Positions 24,798 through 27,724 of a stretch of DNA of 27,724 nt are shown piece after piece (position 1 is the first letter of the stretch; each line of letters starts with the position of its first letter). The stretch is from a virus (taxonomy: Duplodnaviria > Caudoviricetes). The notes beneath the pieces are model-generated. The model searched no databases. It had not been told where the DNA came from and saw only the letters and a program-made list of their open reading frames with translations. A program made the translations under genes and the position numbers. The DNA is taken from positions 1 to 27,724 of the IMG/VR virus record IMGVR_UViG_3300036975_000136; one strand, given 5' to 3'.

Positions 24798-27664
24798 TGG
24801 CTCGTAGTTTACTTCAATTTTCAGAATTAGACAATGCCAAACCTGGATTTGTTTTGGAGTATGCTATTCCAAGATTTGAAAATCCAGATGTTGCTAGAAA
24901 ATGGTTTGGGTCTACTTCTGACACTACAGCTGATGTTGCAGAAGTAAGGGAGGAGGCAGAAAGCGGGCAGGCAAGAACTATTTCTTTGCAGGATCCTGTT
25001 TATGTATACGATCCTTGGATTCGTGTGCCAGATCATATCATAGACCGTTGTGTTTCTTTTGAATATAAGGATTGTGAAACCGTTGATTCGTTGCAATTAA
25101 AGTTTAGAAACGACAATCTGATTTTGTTTCAAAGCGATGAGTTTGCAGATTTTAGGGAGATTATAAGACATGGAACACTTTTAAGATTTCGTTTTGGTTA
25201 TGAGAATCTTTATTCCAGCTGGAAATATATGAAGACCTTTAATCCAGGTGGGTTTCAAGAAGTTGTGTTAACCGCATATGAATTGGCTCCAGCTAGGCTG
25301 TTGAAGCAAGGTTGCCATGATAACCTTGAATTTGAAGACAAAACATTGGGTGGAATAGTCCGCAAAGTAGGCAGTTTAATATTTAAACAGGCTGGAGAAG
25401 TGTTTGGTGATGACGAGCTTGAGAAACGCGTTGTTGTAACTGAACTGATTGATCCTTCAAGTACGCCAGATGATCCAATTGCCCTTGAATTGGATGAAGT
25501 AATGATTGACCAGTCAATGAATTATTTATGCTTTCTACAGACTCTAGCTGATGAATATGGTTATCAGGTTTGGTTTGAGGATGAAAGCATAACGGATAAG
25601 TCGTACTATGTTTTGTATTTCAAGCCAAGGGACTTTCTGCGAGCCTCTACATGGAAGTGGAGTTATTTTGGTGATATTGAAGAAGCAAAGAAGTTAAAGT
25701 CTGATTATCTCAGTGTGGACGGCAAATATACCGATCTCACCTATGGTGGGACCATAATAAAAGTGAATGCAGCAAACAGTGAAACAAGAGATAAGATGAT
25801 TTACGATCGCTCAGAAGAAATTGATCCAAAAACAGGAGATGTGATAAAAACTCGTTTTCAATATGCGGATATGATTGTCGGACAAACAGGAGAGCAAACA
25901 TTTATAAGAAGGTCCTTGCAGCAAATCCACGGTATGGGACAGCTTGGTGATGACTTTTTGGATCTGAAGTTTCTGGATTCTGAACGTCATCAAGATGAAA
26001 ACAATCAGGGAGGCGTAGGAGTACGAAAGCAAATAGACCCTGAAATAGATATACTTGCTACAAAAATGTTTTTGTTGGAAAGAATACTTACTAGTCCTGG
26101 TCATTTTCCAACTGAAGAAGAGTTGGAAAATATTGAAAAACGAATAGCAACTAAGACAAAAGTATCTGTTAAATTATCGGATATGATGGAAATAGATAGT
26201 ACCAATTATGGAAGAGAATGGCTGATAGCTGGCCCACTTAAGGAAGTTATTTGGCAATTGTATGGCAGAATACGGCAAGAATTTAGGGATCGCTCCATAA
26301 ATCAATCTTTGCAAGAAGATTCTGACATGATTGAACGTTCTTATGTAGCCGTAACAAATAACGTTAAAGAATTGCATGGAATGTTGTATGGTAAAAACTT
26401 TCGACAAATGTCTTCTGTTATGAAAATGTCGTTTAATGTTCCTGGAAATCCAGATATAAAAGCTAGACAGGTATCTGAAATAGTTGGAACAGGTGCGTAC
26501 GATACAAAATGGTACCATTTGGAGGTCACTCATACCATAAATAGAAATGGTTTTATCTCAAAGATTCAATGCATCTCTAATTCTACTTTGTTTACAAAAG
26601 AAAAGAAGTTGAAGCCAGAATCACATCCGTGGAGCTTGCGTAATAGACTTGAAGAATTTGAAAAAGGTCAAGTAGATATTACTGCTGAACGTTCTAAAGT
26701 ACAGTTGGAACATAAAGTAAATGCAGAATATATACAGGATAGAACGAATTTGAAAAAAGAAGGAACTGCTATTTTAGAGATTGTTGAAACTATTAATCAA
26801 TGGAATATTAATGATGATCCGTATGAGCAAGCCACTTATGATCACAAAGAGTATTATGAAACGGTGCAGATCCCACAAATAATGTCTAGGATTCATACAT
26901 TAATTGCTGATGTTGCTAGATTTAATCAGAAATGGGGCGAACATCACGAAAAAGACTCTATAGATAGCATGGATTTCAGGAAGTATGACTTTGATGGCCG
27001 TGTTGATTTTAGAGCTGCCAATAAATATAACACAAGTGTTGTAATTTGGTCGTTGTGGGACAAAGCACGATTAGGCCTAAAAGAGCTCAAGGATTTCATA
27101 CCGTATGATCCTTTATCTAGAAGTTTTGATGCCGAATTGAAGCTTGAAAATAGAAGAGGTAATTATAAGGAAAGAAAGACAATAGCTATAAATAGAGCAT
27201 ACATAGAGGATTGGAGCCACACAAGAACTCTTCAGGAAATACTTCATGAGTATCGTGTTTTTCCTGATTGGGAGTTTCAGGCATTTGATGAGCAATTGCA
27301 CAGGTCTGAATGCAAAAACGTTTTGGAGGAATATTTAGGTGATGGCTATTATGATACCGAAGCAAACATGGCGATTTGGATGGCGTTATTAAATGCTGAA
27401 GCTCATGTGGAACCTCTTTCTATCTATAGGTTATATGACTCTATAGGTACCTTAGATGACGAAGTTATAAAGTCATCAATGACGTTAGCTGGTTTATTTG
27501 ATAAGAACGTTGAGTTGGCCATTGAGAGATTACAGGAAGCTCAAACATCCGAATTATCCATTGCTCCTGGTACAAAGCCAATAGATATAAAGATTCAAAG
27601 AACAGTGGAAAAAGCTAGGGCTGCTGGTATTGAAGAAGCCAATTGGACTCCTATAGGTGGGTAA
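24797..27664 (+). CDS. Baseplate hub (P2 gpD/gp27-like) with internal insertion and long C-terminal extension
   Basis: LQLKFRN, FRFGY, FLQTLADEYGY, LYFKP, VPGNPDIKA, WYHLEVTHTINRNGF; 955 aa. Confidence 0.82.
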   Translation: MARSLLQFSELDNAKPGFVLEYAIPRFENPDVARKWFGSTSDTTADVAEVREEAESGQARTISLQDPVYVYDPWIRVPDHIIDRCVSFEYKDCETVDSLQLKFRNDNLILFQSDEFADFREIIRHGTLLRFRFGYENLYSSWKYMKTFNPGGFQEVVLTAYELAPARLLKQGCHDNLEFEDKTLGGIVRKVGSLIFKQAGEVFGDDELEKRVVVTELIDPSSTPDDPIALELDEVMIDQSMNYLCFLQTLADEYGYQVWFEDESITDKSYYVLYFKPRDFLRASTWKWSYFGDIEEAKKLKSDYLSVDGKYTDLTYGGTIIKVNAANSETRDKMIYDRSEEIDPKTGDVIKTRFQYADMIVGQTGEQTFIRRSLQQIHGMGQLGDDFLDLKFLDSERHQDENNQGGVGVRKQIDPEIDILATKMFLLERILTSPGHFPTEEELENIEKRIATKTKVSVKLSDMMEIDSTNYGREWLIAGPLKEVIWQLYGRIRQEFRDRSINQSLQEDSDMIERSYVAVTNNVKELHGMLYGKNFRQMSSVMKMSFNVPGNPDIKARQVSEIVGTGAYDTKWYHLEVTHTINRNGFISKIQCISNSTLFTKEKKLKPESHPWSLRNRLEEFEKGQVDITAERSKVQLEHKVNAEYIQDRTNLKKEGTAILEIVETINQWNINDDPYEQATYDHKEYYETVQIPQIMSRIHTLIADVARFNQKWGEHHEKDSIDSMDFRKYDFDGRVDFRAANKYNTSVVIWSLWDKARLGLKELKDFIPYDPLSRSFDAELKLENRRGNYKERKTIAINRAYIEDWSHTRTLQEILHEYRVFPDWEFQAFDEQLHRSECKNVLEEYLGDGYYDTEANMAIWMALLNAEAHVEPLSIYRLYDSIGTLDDEVIKSSMTLAGLFDKNVELAIERLQEAQTSELSIAPGTKPIDIKIQRTVEKARAAGIEEANWTPIGG

Positions 27665-27665
27665 T

Positions 27666-27724
27666 ATGGGTTGCAGCGGTAGAAAGCATGGATTTTACAA
27701 AGGCTTGGTAGTTGACAAGAATGA
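27666..27724 (+). CDS. Baseplate spike (gpV/gp5 OB-fold), N-terminus only, runs off the window
   Basis: AGGTGG RBS. MGCSGRKHGFYKGLVVDKN matches the G.Y.G.VVD.xDP start of spike proteins, and it follows the hub. Confidence 0.75.
   Translation, partial: MGCSGRKHGFYKGLVVDKN

Noticed and set aside
350-27301. All minus-strand ORFs and short alternative-frame + ORFs in the track
   Set aside because: Almost all lie over well-supported + strand genes and show no protein-like motifs; treated as shadow ORFs.
16253-27724. Stand-alone eCIS or tailocin interpretation
   Set aside because: Intact terminase, portal, protease and capsid genes are contiguous with the tail genes, indicating a DNA-packaging phage.
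1-27724. tRNA genes, integrase, DGR, stop-codon reassignment
   Set aside because: No cloverleaf, recombinase or reverse transcriptase seen by eye. TAA, TGA and TAG all end genes and ORFs pack tightly under the standard code.

Overview
This window is part of a tailed phage (or prophage) with a contractile tail, and every credible gene is on the + strand. From about 4.05 kb to the right edge it holds a canonical morphogenesis module: terS, terL, PBSX-like portal, five accessory genes (three are tandem paralogues), XkdF-like prohead protease with nested scaffold, HK97-fold major capsid protein with an inserted domain, neck genes, sheath, gp19-like tube, tail chaperone with a -1 frameshift extension, tape measure, tube initiator, LysM-like protein, an oversized baseplate hub and the start of the spike. 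The first 3.3 kb is an accessory region holding a family of domain-shuffled, signal-peptide-bearing paralogues. These have conserved DNA junctions, anti-Shine-Dalgarno 3' elements and a candidate ~60-nt sRNA. A sharp G/C skew switch at about 3.4 kb separates the two parts. All product calls come from motif recognition by eye and gene order; no database searches were run.
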